This document shows positions 40,293-55,532 of a stretch of 64,000 bases of DNA, one piece after another. The DNA is taken from assembly GCF_009914755.1 (NCBI RefSeq), contig NC_060928.1. The stretch is one strand, 5' to 3'. Position 1 is the stretch's first letter; every line of letters starts with the position of its first letter. The notes below the pieces were generated by a model, which was given only the letters and a program-made list of their open reading frames with translations, was not told where the DNA came from and did not search any database. The translations under genes were made by a program, and so were the position numbers. The DNA comes from the human T2T-CHM13v2.0 reference genome, Homo sapiens.

Positions 40293-42294
40293 CACATTTG
40301 ATCTCTATCAAAAGGTTTTGATCAAGAAAAATATGTATGTGTGCATGTTTGCATTTATGTATACATTGCGACATTACTGTATGAATTAATATTTATTCAA
40401 TTCAATTAAAAAATTATTTTCATTGTGGTACTATAAAAGACACTAAATCCTAAGAAGCTATACAAACATCTTAAAACAATTCTCTTAAGTTGGTTACTTT
40501 TTGAACAGATATACACATGTAGTATAAAAGCAGGTAGAATAGGATACATTACTTTAGTGATATAAAATTTTACAGGAATTTGGAGAAATGAATAGTTAGT
40601 TTTGGTTGAGAAGCCATAAACTATTCAATAATTCTTCATGAAGAAACAATGTTAAAGTCAAATCTTTAAAAATGAGTTAAAAAAATCATACTAATGGCAT
40701 TGGGCAGCAATATTTCTTCATTTATTAAAATAACAGCTTGTAGGAAGATATTTGATAGCAGGCATATGTAATGGGAAGCATGCGACAGTTCTTTGCAAAC
40801 CACCAGAGCAGAGGAGAAGTTCAATATATCAGAAACAAAGAAAAATTTAAAAACCAAGGAAAAGATGGAATGGTAGAATAATTTTAATGACGAGAGTAGG
40901 CATTGAGTAATTCAAATGTTAAGTATTTTATCATGAGGTCATTAGGATACATTAAAATATTTTAAGAAAATATTTTAAGAAAAATATGCAATGACATAAT
41001 TTTATTTTTTAGAGTGTATTTGATGGAAGGAGGTGAAAGTGAAACCTAGAAGATGAGTTTGAATGTAATTGCTGAATTGTATTGAAAAATAAAGGTAATT
41101 TGATATAACTATGATAGTGGCAATGGGAATTAGTATGCAATAATGACAATGAGATAAGAAAGCTCAAACTTGGAAATTGATTAGATGTGTGATCACAAAT
41201 ATAGAAAAGGTAAAATTCGAAATAAGGACATTCTATTATTTGTTACTATTTCATTTTTTGCATGGGGAGGTCTTTCTCTCACCTCACTTCTACCACGTAC
41301 TTAATCTTACATTTCTGAAGTAGATATATCACTATATATATAAACAAGATAATGAAAGGAGAACAAAAGAAAGTCAATAAGATTACATTCTTGGTGCTTT
41401 GATTCATGGTGATAAATTTTTGTAAACACTGTTTCTTTGTATTAAAATCATGAGCCCATATTTACTTTAGTGAGCATTCTGTAAATAGAGTCAGAAAATA
41501 AGATTGTTAATTACTCTAATTCCAAATATCTCTTTTCCAGTTTATCTGGATATCCATGTCAGAAATTACATTACAGGTTTGCCTTTAAATTATAATGTGA
41601 TGTTAATCCATCATCAATGCTTTAATCAGTGTTTCCTTACCTATTAACAATGTAAAAGCCATTCAGCATCTGAAACTAATACTTTAAAAAAAAATCCCAT
41701 GGAAATTGTCTGTGAAATTCATACAAAAATATTCTTTGTCACAAATTTGAATGTGCAAGGATAAGATTTGAAATGGTGTCGATGTATCAAAATAACACAT
41801 TTCATGCAGTGTGATAAAATTTTCACCACTGTCAAACTCAGAGAAATAATATCTTAACAGGTTTACAGGAAAGCAAAACATGCTTCATTATCGCTTTGAA
41901 TATTTCATGAGATCAAAAGAAGCATGTATTTTTTTTTTCCCCAGGCAAGAATCTGTTTTGTTACTGAGAAAAACTTGTTTAGGTTTGAAAAGGTCAACGT
42001 TTCCAAGATAAATGTCATATTTTCGCTTAAAAATATGAATTTCCAAATTTTCTCAGACTGAAAACTCATGTAATAGTTGCAATATAATTTCATTGTAGAT
42101 ATGCTAAGTCAATATTTTGAAAGAAAACATTGCACATTTTTTAAACACAAGTAAGAGAAACTAACATTATGATAGAAAATTAATTTTAGTGTCTCAGGTG
42201 TATATTGCATTGATGCCATTGGGCTATGATATATCTTGATTTGAATCCAAGACATTCCCTGCACTGTGACAAACTGACGTTTCTAGACCTTCTT

Positions 42295-42705
42295 CTTAAT
42301 TTGCTAGAGATGCTGTAACAAAATGCCACAGACTGGATGGCTTAAAAAACAGAAATTCATTTTCTCACAATTCTCAAGGCCAGAAGTCCAAAAACATTGT
42401 GCTGACAGGTTTTGCTTCTTCTGAAGTCTCTCTCCTTGGCTTAAAGATGGCGGCCTTCTCACTTGTATCCTCACATGGCCTCTCCTCTGTGTGTGCACAT
42501 CTCTTGATGTTTCTCTCTCTGCCTTAATCTCCTCTTCCATGATATAATGATATGAGTCAGATTGGATTAGGGCCCATTCTAATTACCTCATTTTAGCTTA
42601 ATTACCTCTTTAGAGTCCCTAAATTCGAATATAGTGACATTCTGACATACTAGAAGTTAGGACTTCAGCATACGAAGTTTGGAGGGAGCAACTGAGTCCA
42701 CAATA
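42295..42705 (-). mobile_element. MLT1A/MLT1A0 MaLR LTR
   Basis: GCTGTAACAAAATGCCACAGACTGGATGGCTTAAAAAACAGAAATTCATTTTCTCACAATTCT...GGATTAGGGCCC...GTTAGGACTTCAGCATA. Confidence 0.88.
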
Positions 42706-44189
42706 GTCCTAATTTTTTCAGAATACAAAGAAGCAGAATTATCATTTAAAATTCACAGTGATATAGATATTGAACAGAAATACATTTTATTCCCACCCCA
42801 ATTTGACAACAAATAAAATTAAATCAGGCTTTAAGGAAACTATGAGGAAACTTCTCAGAGATATTCTTGAGCAATGACAATTTCTGTTTTCATTTGTAAT
42901 GCTCATAAACTATTACTGCTTAATTACTCCACTTGTCTTTCAGTTGATTAACACTTGGCCAATTTCTCACTTCATCTATAATCCTATGTCTGTAAACCTC
43001 ATTTGGTTAGCAAGGCATCTACCACTTTGGAGGAGGTTAACAGCTATTTTAGTGTCTGGAATAAGTACTATTTTAGTAGCAGAAAAGTATCTTTTAAATT
43101 CCTGACATTATAAAGAAAGAAAAGAAAGATACTTTCTTTATATGTTGAAGATAATTTATCTCAAGCTGGTTGTCAGTAGAATATTAAATGTTGATTTTGT
43201 GGACACTCTTATGCCCAATATTACTGACACTATTTAAGATTATTCAGTACAGACTGATCAATGCATTAACAAGAGCAACAACAAAGAGGTTACACCTATG
43301 TGATATATAATTTCAATATTAATATTATGATATTAATATATAATTATTTGAGGTCATGTAATTTTTTTAAAAATTTGGAGTGCTGAGGGAAACAAGGGGG
43401 ATGGACACTATAATATTTTTGTTTTTTAAAATTTTTTACAATATATTTATAACAATACATTATGATTTTTTTAAACTGAATAAATAAAATCATATTCCTG
43501 CAGACTGTAAAAATGTAAAGATATTTTCCAAGTAATATGCAGGCAGGATATTCTTCATGTTACTTACGTTGTATCTGAAATATTACAAATGTGTATATAA
43601 TAACATACATATATTACTTTTCTTGAGAAATAAAAAATATATACTGAGTAAATATGGAGATAATTCTACATCGTTTCTGGCTATTGGATGTTATAAAGAT
43701 ATCATTTCCTTTTCAAATAAACATATATGCTTAATACAATGATTATCAAATGCAAATTATTTTTAAAATTTTAAATGAAAAGGTCAATAAGTAAGAAAAG
43801 CTAACAAACTTTGGGAGTGGAAAGGCTATGTTAAAACTTGCGTTAGTAGAAATTAAGGCTTATATTAACATTTCAATACCTAGCCAATTGTGGCCTTGTT
43901 TCCAGAATAGAGAGCTGATTTATATCTTGAAATAGGAGTCTAGAATATGCATAATTGAAGATATAATGAAGAAAATGAAAAATATATTAGAATATTTAAT
44001 AAACAACGCTTGACAAATGACTGAAAAACCAGGTTCATATCTGTCTACATATCTAAAATAAATTTCATTATAAAATATCAAACAAATAAATATAAATAAC
44101 TACTCATTTAGCTTCCAGATGAAAAAAAGACTGTAAATAGTAAAAATGCAAAAAAGAAAAAATGTAGGACAACATTGGTAGTCTAATTT

Positions 44190-45150
44190 CCTAACCCCAT
44201 ATTTCCATTTCTTAATAAATCCTATTGATTTTACCTCTAAAGCCTATTGCTTATCGGGCAATTTCTCTATATCTTTTTTACCACCACGCAAAAAGTAGTC
44301 TACACCTGGACTTCAGTAGCAGCCTCCTAAATTATTTTCAGTTATCTAAAAGCTTACCCCATTCATCTTTCAGTAGCAAGATTATACTCTAAAATATAAT
44401 ATTTGCTAACAATTATTAAGTATATAGTATGGGCCATGTACTGTTCTGTTTTCTTGGCTATAATAATACATTAATCTTCATATTAATCTTAACTTATGGC
44501 CCTCCCTCATTTTTAAATGAAGAATCTGAAAAAGATGAATAATTTATGACTTTAGCATTCATTAACAAAGTCACACAGAGAGTGGCAAGGCAAGATTTAC
44601 ACCCACACGCTTCCACACTGAACTGCCTCTGTAAAGCAGCCCTAAAATTTATCTAGAATTGAAGAGAATAACCTTCAGCTTCTTTCCATGGCATATAAAG
44701 CCCTTGTTGTGCTGCCTCCCTGCCTTTCTCCTGACTCATTTTATATGACCCTCCACCCACTCACTCACGTCTTCAATTACACCAGTCTCCCATTGAATTC
44801 CTTGCGCTTGCCAAGCTTATTCTTAGCTAACATCTTTTGCTTTTGCATTACTCTGCCTGGTTCTTCCCAGTGTTCTTCAAATAGTGTGTCCTCAAAGATA
44901 AATTACCCTACATAAAGTAACGTCTGTCCTCAACAAATACGTACTCCAGGGGCTATTACTTCATGCTGTTTATTCTTCATAGCACCCAACACTATCATAT
45001 ATTTTTTTTCTATTTGTTATTAATTTATTTTTTGTACTCCCACACTAGAATGTAATCTCTATGAGGCCAAGTGTCTTGCCCTTTCTGAATAGAACTCTAT
45101 CAACAATGATTAAATCACTATGTGACACAGAATAATTTCTTAAATTAAAT
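44190..45150 (+). mobile_element. L2 fragments with an embedded reverse MIR (~44400-44620)
   Basis: CCTATTGATTTTACCTCTAAA; CATGGCATATAAAGCCCT; CCCACACTAGAATGTAATCTCTATGAGGCCAAG...; MIR-like CTCATTTTAAATGAAGAATCTGA...AAAGTCACACAG. Confidence 0.6.
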
Positions 45151-45689
45151 TAATGAAGGTATTAAATTAATGCCAGACTAAATCTGCAAAACTTTTGTAT
45201 GCTAAAAAACTGTGATTAGAACTGTTCTTCTCACTCGATTCTTTTGTAAACTGAAAACTATTTTAAAAATCTATTAATTAAAAACTTAAAATAATGTTAA
45301 AAGAAAAAAGGGAAAAGCCTTTTCAACATTATAGTACAATGAGTTAAAACCTCTAAATATGAAATTTTATAATTTATTTATTAATACATAAAACATCAAG
45401 ACCCTAATTTTAATAATGTGCAAAAGACACTGAAGTTTCCTGTATTTGGAAATGCAAATGTTGAACACATGTATAAAACAATTTAAATTTTAAATTCTTT
45501 CCCTTTGAGAATTTGTATTATCTTGGAAAAGATGGACAAAAACAAATGAATAAATGTATCTGTCACAACATATAAATAAAGAAATCTAAAACAGTTAGAT
45601 AATAAACCTGATTTGATATCTTGATTGAGAAAAAGAAAAATAAAGCAAGATTAAGATACAAGATACCATAAATATTTATTGATATAATT

Positions 45690-45890
45690 GGTTTGTTAAG
45701 CATTTATATAAATGCACACATCTAACTCTTTATGAAAATATTTCATTAAATTCACACAACATCTATGAGGAAATTTCTAGTATTTTAACGTTTTACATAT
45801 GGAAACAGAAATAGAGAAGTTAAGATACTTGCCAACAGCACAAACTACCAAAACACAGAGCCTGGATTTGAAGACTTTGAAGCCCACACT
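45690..45890 (-). mobile_element. MIR SINE
   Basis: CACAACATCTATGAGG...TTTTACATATGGAAACAGAAATAGAGAAGTTAAGATACTTGCCAA...CAGAGCCTGGATTTGAA. Confidence 0.75.
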
Positions 45891-46179
45891 TGTAAAAAGT
45901 GTTACCACTTCCACTATTTTGTATAAGTAATTAATAAATGAGAGAATAAGTGAATGAATATTTTCTATCTGGCCAATTTATCAAATTATATTCTAAATAA
46001 ATTGTGTTCATATTTCTTTTATTCATAAATACAATAAAAATATATCCATATAATCTAATCTTGACTTTCTCCTTAAAGTATGAAAAATTACATTTTGTCT
46101 ACCAGAATGGAAATCTAGCAGATTACATATTTACTTTCATTTACTGAATTGTCCTTTTAAAATTTCTTAGTCTATAAAT

Positions 46180-49100
46180 GAGGGAAATTTATAGTACTAA
46201 ATGCCCACATCAAAAAGCTGGAAAGGTCTCTAATCAACAACCTAACATTACAACTAAAAGAACTGCAGAATCAAGAGCAAACAAACCCCAAAGCTAGCAG
46301 AAGACAAGGAATAGCCTAGATCACAGTAGAACTGAAGAAGATAGAGACATGAAAAACCCTTCAAAAATCAAAAAATTTAGGAGCAGTTTTTTAATATAGT
46401 TGATAAAATAGACCACCAGCTGGACTAATAAAGAAGAAAAGAGAGAAGAATCAAATAGACACAATCGGAAACGATAAGAAGGATATCATCACTGACCTAC
46501 AGAAATACAAACAACTATTGGAGAAACTATAAACAGCCCTGTGTGCATAAATTAGAAAATCTAGCAGAAATGGACGCATTCCTGGAGGTATACAGCAACC
46601 CAAGACTGAATCAGGAGGAAATGGAATCCCTGAATAGGCTAATAATGAGTTCTGAAATTGAAGCAGTAATAAATAGCCTACCAACCAAAAAAGCCCAGGA
46701 CTAGACAGATTTACAGCTAAATTCTACCAGAAGTACAAAGAGGAGTTGGTAACATTTCTACTTAAACTATTCCAAACAATTGAAAAGGAGGAACTCCTCT
46801 CTAACTCATTTTATGAGGTCAGCATCATCCTGATACCAAAATCTGGCAGAGATACAAGAAAAAAAGAAAACTTCAGGTCAGTATTCCTGATGAACATCGA
46901 TGCGAAAATCGTCAATAAAATACTGGCACACCAAATCCAGCAGCACATCAAAAAGCTTATCCATCATGATCAAGTCGGCTTCATCCCTGGGATGCAAGGA
47001 TGGTTCAACATAGCAAATCAATAAATGTAATTTATCACATAAACAGAACTACTGAAAAAAAAAACATGATTATCTCAATAGATGCTGAAAGGGCCTGGGA
47101 TAAAATTTAAAATCCCTTATGTTAAAAACTTACAATAAACTAGGTATTGAATGAACATACCTCAAAATAATAAGAACCATATATGACAAACCCACAGCCA
47201 ATATCATACTGAATGAGAAAAAGTTGGAATCATTCCCTTTGAAAACCGGCACAAGACAAGGATGCCGTCTCTCACCACTCCTATTCAGCATAGTATTGGA
47301 AATTCTATCCATGGCAATCAGGCAAGAAAAAGAAATAAAGGGTATTCAAATAGGAAGAGAGGAAGTCAAATAATCTTTGTTGGCAGATGATATGTTCCTA
47401 TAAAACCCCATTGTCTCAGCCCAAAAGCTCCTTAAGCTGATAAGCAGCTTCAACAGTCTCAGCATAAAAAATTAGTGTGCAAAAATCACTAGCATTCCTA
47501 CACATCACCAACAAGCAAGCAGAGAGCCAAATCATGAATAAACTCCCATTCACAATTGCTACAAAGATAATAAAATACCTAGGAATATAGCTAACAAGGA
47601 AAGTGAAGGACCTCTTCAAGGAGAACTACAAACCACTGCTCCAATAAATTAGAGAGGACACAAACAAATGGAAAAACATTCCATGTTCATGGATAGGAAA
47701 AAGCAATACTGTGGCAATGGACATACTGCTAAAAGTAATTTATAGATTCATTGCTATTCCCATTAAACTACCATTGACGTTCTTCACAGAATTAGAAAAA
47801 ACTATTTTAAAATTCTTATGGAACCAAAAAAGGGCCCGACTAGCCAACACAATCCTAAGCAAAAAGAGCAAAACTGGAGGCATCACACTACGCAACTTCA
47901 AACTATACAAGGCTACAGTAATCAAAACAGCATGGTACTGGTACAAAAACAGACAAACCAATAGAACATAATAGAGAACTCAGAAATAAGACTGTACGCC
48001 TACAACCATCTGATCAACAAACCTGAAAAAAGAAATGGAGAAATTATTTCATATTTAATAAACGGTGTTGGGAGAACTGGCTACTAAATGCAGAAAATTG
48101 ATACTGGACACCTTCCTTACACCTTATACAAAAATTAACTTAAGATGGATTAAAGACTTAAATGTAAAACCCAAAACCATAAAAAACCTAGAAGAAAACC
48201 TAGGCAATATCATTTAGGACATAGGCATGGACAAAGACTTCATGACTAAAATGCCAAAAACGATTGCAACAAAAGCCAAAATTGACAAATGGGATCTAAT
48301 TAAATTAAAGAGTTTCTGCACAGCAAAAGAACCTATCATCAGAGTGAACAGACAGCCTATAGAATGGGATAAGAATTTTGCAATTTATCCATCTTACTAA
48401 GGTCTAATATAGAAAGTCTACAAATTTACAAGAAGAAAACAAACAACCCCATTAAAAAGTGGTCAAAGGACATAAACAGACGGTTCTCAAAAGAAAATAT
48501 TTACGCAGCCAAGAAGCATATAAAAAAAAACTCAACATCACTCATCATTAGAGAAATGCAAATAAAAAACACAATGAGATACATCTCATGCCAGTCAGAA
48601 CGGCGATTATTAAAACGTCAAGAAACAACAGATGCTGGCGTGGTTGCAGAGAAAAAGGAACACTTTTACGCTGTTGGTGGGAGTGTAAATTAGTCCAAGC
48701 ATTGTGGAAGACAGTGGTGATTTCTCAAAGATATTGAAGAAGAAATACCATTTGACCCAGCAACCCCATTACTGGGTATATATCCAAAGGAATATAAATA
48801 ATTCCATTACAAAGATACACACATATGCTGTTCATTGCAACACTATTCACAATAGCAAAGACATGGAATCAATCCAAACGCCCATCAATGATAGACTGAA
48901 TAAAGAAAATGTGGTGCATATACACCATGGAATACTATGCAGCCACAAAAAAGAATGAGATCATGTCTTTGTAGGGACATGGATGGAGGTGGAAGCCGTT
49001 ATTCTCAGCAAACTAAGGCAGGAACAGGAAACCAAACACTGAATGTTCTCACTTATATGTAGGAGCTGAGTGATGAGAACACATGGACACATGGTGAGGA

Positions 49101-49325
49101 ACAACACACACTGGGGCCTGTTGGGGGAGAGAAGGGAGAAGGAGAGCATCAGGAAGAATAGGTAATAAAAGTTCTGCTTAATACCTAGGTGATGGGTTGA
49201 TCTGTGCAGCAAACCACCATGGCACATGTTTACCTGTGTAACAAACCTGCATATCCTGCACATGTACCCCAGAACTTAAAATAAAAGTTGGATTAAAAAA
49301 AGAAAGCTATCAAAAAATAAAATAA
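46180..49325 (+). mobile_element. 5'-truncated L1PA13-like LINE (ORF2 3' part plus 3' UTR)
   Basis: ORF2 remnants (track ORF 46746: [11 protein letters not shown]...[25 protein letters not shown]; 47711: [14 protein letters not shown]...[10 protein letters not shown]). 3' end GATGGGTTGATCTGTGCAGCAAACCACCATGGCAC...AACTTAAAATAAAAGTTG followed by an A-rich tail. Confidence 0.93.
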
Positions 49326-49545
49326 AACCTCTTACATCGAAAGTTTACTTTCTTACCTGCAAAATTACCATGCAAATATCAAATTAAACTTTTTTTTCTT
49401 GAAGGACTATTTATAATTTACAGTCAAGTGTAACAGAATCACCTAGATGACTCCATTTTTTGGTGTTTTATGGATTTATCATTGTTTTATTTTTCAATTC
49501 AATCATTAAGAAAACTATGGTGGCATTAAGATCACAATTATGGTA

Positions 49546-49566
49546 AAAAAAAAAAAAAAAAAAAAA
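49546..49566. repeat. Poly(A) run of 21 nt
   Basis: Read directly from the sequence. Confidence 0.9.
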
Positions 49567-52355
49567 GCTAGCGCATTTCCATTTTAGATACTTTTGCTCT
49601 CCAAATCAAAAAGTTCCACATTATAATAAAAGGGAACAGAAAGAAAAGAAAGATAGCAAGAATACAAACACCATTATCAGAGGATGAGAAGTATTTTTTT
49701 TTCTTTTCTCAAACATCTAGCTTTTTCTCAAAACATGGCTTTTCCCCTCTGCTACATCCAGAAAAACCCATTGGTTGAAACAAAATTCTACAAAAATTTG
49801 GATTGCATGTCTTGGTGTTGGTTTTCTAAATGAATAAATTATGTAGTTCACTGAATGAGTAAATACATTGCTAAAATAATAGGATTGAATTATTCCACCT
49901 GCAGATGAACACTGAAGAAATAAATACAAATTACATTATCTCTATTATATTCTTATTTTTTATTTCAAATATTATAGGTGAGATAAAGTCAACCTTCTGG
50001 ATAAATGTATTCCATCATCAAAATTCCAAGGGAAAATATATGCATGTGAATATATATGTAAATTTATACTTACAATGGCATATGGAGTTTTTTGTTATAT
50101 CATTTATTTATATTTATAATTAAAATGTCTAATTATACTACTTTTTGTAAAAACTGTTAATGCATCAGATATACCTAGAAAAAAAAACCCACACGTTATT
50201 TTCATTTTGGTGTGTGGCAAAGCTGATAAGAAGCTGTTAACAATACAGAATTGTAATGTGATGGTTTTATGTACTGTGGGGTTTAAAGCTGAATTTACTA
50301 AACGGATCAGATAACTATTTTTGTTATTTTTCTATGTTAACAAATAAATGCTGCTTCCAATATGTTGTTTTCTACTAAATATTCAGTATGCTAAAATGGA
50401 ACCTAATGGCAATCACTGACCCCTGTATCCTTTTTAAAAACTGTATTAAAATAATGAATTCATATTTTTAATAAATGTGCTTATTTTCTAATTTTTCTTG
50501 TAAGAAATGCTTGCTAATAACAAACTATAAGTACAGATGAAAAATTTGCAGGACTTTTTTTTTTCTCTAAGTTTAAGCACTACCATTTATTATTCCAGAT
50601 ATCTTCCTTTTTCTACCTATAACCTAATATCTCGGGGAATTCATGAATATTTATTTGAGTGTAATGAGGGTCAAGCTAAAGCAAGGTAATGGACCAGTAC
50701 TCTTTTGTCCTCTTTCCTCCCTGTAGGAGTGGATCGTTTCTTAATGGGGCACTTGACATAATACATGAATAGAAAGTTTACCTTGTTCCTCCCACTCACT
50801 CTCCCCCAGAGGTGCAAAGGCAGAGTGCTTTCTTAATAAAACCATTTATGGCTGAAGGTGCTTTTTCTTGCATCTTTATAAACTGCAACAGATATAATCA
50901 TAGATGTGTGTGCTAAAACATTTGTCTTATTCAGAATGTGATATTTAGGATCACTCAAGTCATATCTAGAATTTAGCTGTGATATCACAGATCACTCTTC
51001 AGGAACAAACTTTTTAATTTTTTTTTCCTGGAGATTTCTGTAAGTTTGCTTTTGAATTATGAGTGCTGCCCCTAATGAAGAAGTGCATGCCACCAAGAAA
51101 CAGAGCGGATTCTGCCCAGATTCTTTCCTACGGACTGGGCTCAGCTATCCCTGATAGGTCTATTCATGTGTTTGTCTAAAATAGTTCGTTCTATACAGGA
51201 AGACTCACATCAAGGACTTTGCAACAAGCTTCCAAATCTATTCTACAGCAGCCCATGAACACCCAACTGGTCCAGTAGATCAATGAAGTTGGTAATCACA
51301 TCTTCAATGCCATACCAAAAGAAATTTAATTTTAGTGTGGAAGCAAAGCCACTGATAAAATAAATTTTCTGACTAAACACTTTTCTGATTTAATGAAGGG
51401 TATTAATATTCAAGGTGAGATGAATGAAATGAGGTGATACCTCATTTATGTTTTTTAATTTAACTTAAAATTTTGATTAACCTTTAATGGATACAGCTTA
51501 CATTATGACTCTGAAGTGCTAACTTTAAAAAATGGAGAATTTTATCTTTTACAACTTGAAATTTTGTGACCTTATAAAAACCAAAAATTTTATTTTTTAT
51601 GTTTTATTTCTTTTCAATAAAGATAATTTCTCTGATACAGTAAAGTTCTATTGAATATTTTGATTTAGGTGCATATTAATACTACAAATTATCACTAAAA
51701 AGACAAGCCTTGTGAAAGGGCATAGTTTAATGGAATATATCTTTAGCTTTATGGGGGTAAAAAGAGAAATGGCTTTCCATAGGGTTTTAAATAAACAAAA
51801 TATATAAGGTACAGCTAAAATGACAGGAGTTCTAGTACAAACTTTTGGTTTATGAAATTACAACTATTTATTTTAAAATTTTGCTCTCACATATTCTACA
51901 ATACATTAAAAGTCTAGCTTTTGTTGTCATAGTTATAAAACTTAATGCAACAATTTATGAATTACAATTTATGAGTTGTCCAAATGCATTTGTTGACTGC
52001 AGTTTATGTTTAAACAACTACTTTTTTCATGTGTAGAAATTTAGAATAGCTCAGAAATGTATTGCATTGTGAAAAAAAAGAAGTCGGTTGGATTAGGAGA
52101 AGGTCAACCATATTCATTAAAATTGTGCCTTGCTCTAGAAAAATAAAATCCAATTATTTTCAGTGTAGAACTATCAAATCTTTTTTAGTTCATTGATTCA
52201 GGCCTCATTTTGTTAGTTTACTGTCTCAGAAAGAATATCTACCTGATTTGTATGCAGATGTCATATATTTCTGCCTACATATGGGTATTTTACTAATCAT
52301 AGACTACTATCGTAAGCTCTAAACTTTACAAGCATAAAGCATGTGTTTATACAGT

Positions 52356-52718
52356 TGATATGGTTTGGTTGTGTCCCCACCCAAATTTCATCTTGAATTG
52401 TAGCTCCCAGAATTCCCATGTGTTGTGGGAGAGACTTAGTGGGAGGTAATTGAATCATGGGGGCAGTTTCCCCCATACTGTTCTCTTGGTAGTGAATGAG
52501 TTTCACGAGATCTGATGGTTTGATAAGAGGTTTCCCTTTTCACTTGGCTCTCATTCTCTCTTACCTGCAGCCATGAAAGACATGCTGTTCACTTTCCATC
52601 ATGATTGTGAGGCCTCCCCAACCACATGGAACTGTGAGTCCATTAAACATCTTTTTTCTTTATAAATTACCCAGCCTTGGGTATGTCTTTATCAGCAGCA
52701 TGAAAACATACTAATACA
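52356..52718 (+). mobile_element. THE1 (THE1B/C-like) solo MaLR LTR
   Basis: TGATATGGTTTGG...CTAATACA, 363 bp, with perfect 5-bp TSD ACAGT (52351-52355 and 52719-52723). Confidence 0.95.
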
Positions 52719-53216
52719 ACAGTTATAAAAACAATTCTTAGAAATAAAGGTTTTTTTGCTAATATATTTAAGGAAATATCTGTCTCACATCCTAGAGTGC
52801 TATCCTAAAATGCTAATTAAAATTAAATCTATTTAGCTTTGTCTGTCCACTGAAGACTTCCAAGAGCTTATTCAGAAAACCCTGATAAGCCAATGTGTCT
52901 GACTCTTTGAGGCGTTCCTTGCTGTGTAGATGCTTTCTAAGATACTTGAAGTAGGGCATAGATAAGGCTGATAATAAATAAACATGGATTAAACAATCTG
53001 ACTAATTTTTTTTAAGTCTAGCTTGACTTCTATTACCAAATGTCATCTAAAAATGAAAAACTTCTTGTACTTACTTATATGTTTTCAGTCCAAGTCCTAG
53101 AACTTTGAATTTTTAACAGTGTCAATACTTGCAACTTAGGGACATATTGGATAGAATTACCTCCACAAATCAATCCTTAATACTTTACCATAAAACTACC
53201 ATTTGGCATTTGATAA

Positions 53217-53687
<471 letters not shown>

Positions 53688-53704
53688 TTGCTTTTTATTT
53701 TAGT

Positions 53705-53855
53705 TATTGTCATCTCTGCACCTAAATTATAAACTTCTTGGGCATAGCAATTATCTATTGTTTAGTTTTCATTGCCCTAAAGTAATAATAATACTGATTT
53801 TAATATTGAAGTATAAGCAGTCTGTTAATATTTGATGAATGGAAGAATAAATAGC
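53705..53855 (+). mobile_element. L2 3' end fragment
   Basis: TAAATTATAAACTTCTTGGGCA...TAATATTTGATGAATGGAAGAATAAAT. Confidence 0.5.
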
Positions 53856-54432
53856 ATTTATAAGAGTTAAATATTACAGAAAGATGGTTTAGTCAACAAA
53901 TGAAAGTGTGGGTACATTAGTCAGTCCTGACTGGGTGTAAAGTGGACCAACAGAGAATAAATATAGAAAGAAAATTGGGATTAGGGCAATCAGGCAGGGG
54001 AGCTATAGCAGGCAGAGGCTGCAACAGCAGAAGTGGCCGTAACAGTCAGAAGTGATGATAGATGGGGTGAAAAGCAACAACAGGCAAGGGTGGCAGATAG
54101 CAGCAGAGAAAAAAAAGCAATACCAAGAATATAATGGTAAGGGAGTACCATCTTGGGTGACACACTCATCCAGGAAAAACTAATATAAGTAGAAATACAT
54201 TCAATGCATACTAATAGCCAAGGCCTCAGGGACTTCAGAGTACAGATGAAAAACACAGTGAAACAAAATAGAACAGAGAGCAAGAGAAACGGGATAGCCA
54301 TTAAAGAATAAAGAGCTTCACAGGCATCTGTGGCTTCTGAATGTGAGAAATTTAAAAGATCACACATCCTTTACCTGAAAAATGGGCTGAAAATAGTGGA
54401 TGACTGAGACTGCATAGTATTGATACTGTCAA

Positions 54433-54620
54433 TCTTCTTCCTTCCCTCTTACCTCCTTTCCTCTTTACATTCCTTCCTTTCTTTTTTTCTTCTTTAAATC
54501 TTTCTTTTCCTTCTTTTAAAATCAGTGACTCACCAGGCAAAATATGAAATTCTTAATTTTAGGAAAATGTGCCTCTTCCTTTTCACTCTCTGTCCCCCTC
54601 TTCTCTCTTCCTTCCCCAAC
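54433..54620. repeat. Pyrimidine-rich low-complexity tracts
   Basis: CT-rich runs at 54433-54517 and 54572-54617. Confidence 0.7.
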
Positions 54621-55005
54621 TGCACGCCTCATTAGAAGATATTCTTTTAAATTGTATTCTTTAGAGTTGAATTGGAAGTTTTGACAATTGAGACTGTTAA
54701 TCAACACTTTGTAAACCTTTCTTCCCTGAGGCATAATAACCATGTTCCATTAAAACTGAAGAATGTATTTTCAAGGGAAACCTGCAAAAAATTAATTTAA
54801 ATTTTTATTTGAGAAATTAAATTAAATGTAACTACTGATTCCAATTGTAAAAAAAACTTAAAGCAGTGTAAAGTGGCCATCAAAATATTGGAGCAACTAA
54901 CACATAAACACTTTTACTAAAATATGCTTGTTTTTCTTCATTGATCCTCATAATTTGCCCTTTTAAAACCATAGATTCTAAATTACTTTTTAAAAATTCT
55001 TATTC

Positions 55006-55532
55006 TGTGGAGTAGGTAAAATAATGGCCCCTCAAAATGCTTGACCTGTTCTCTAGAAATTATGCATATGTTACTTTATATGGCAAGACAGAATTAAGGT
55101 TACAGATGTAATTAAGGTTGCTATTCAGCTGATCTCAAAGGGATTATCTGGGGTAATCCACCAGGGAACTAAAATAAATTTGATACAAATTCAGTGTTAT
55201 CAAAAGGACCCTTAAAAGGAAAAGAGGGAGGCAAATAAGGTCAGAGTGAGGCAATGTGAGAAGGACTTGACACACCACTGGCTTTGAACATAAAAGGGGA
55301 TCACAAGTCAAGGAATACAGGAAGTTTCCAGAAGATCCAAAAGACAATGAAGTAGAGTATCCCTGAGAGTCTCTAGAAGGATATATTAAGGCCAATAATT
55401 TGATTTTGGTTAGTAAGACTGGTTCTGGATTTCTGGCCTCTAAAATTGCAAGATAATAAAATTTTGTTGTTGTAAGTCATTACATTGTTACAGCAATTTT
55501 TTTTCTTACAACAGCCATAGGAACCTAATATA
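55006..55532 (+). mobile_element. MLT1D-like MaLR LTR
   Basis: TGTGG..AATAATGGCCCCTCAAA...TATGTTACTTTATATGGCAA...CAGATGTAATTAAGGTT...TTCTGGCCTCTAAAATTGCAAGATAATAAA...CAGCCATAGGAACCTAATA. Confidence 0.85.

Noticed and set aside
49546-49566. Isolated poly(A) as a processed pseudogene tail or L1 3' transduction
   Set aside because: No clear AATAAA just upstream, no matching TSD found, and no ORF; treated as a mononucleotide repeat.
51050-51320. Exon-like, balanced-composition stretch
   Set aside because: All three + frames after the candidate acceptor hit stops, and the minus frames I tried gave no recognisable peptide. A minus-strand GTGAGT donor alone is insufficient.
53990-54367. 125-aa hydrophobic ORF on the minus strand
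   Set aside because: The hydrophobicity follows from the T-rich minus strand; non-ATG start and no recognisable family.
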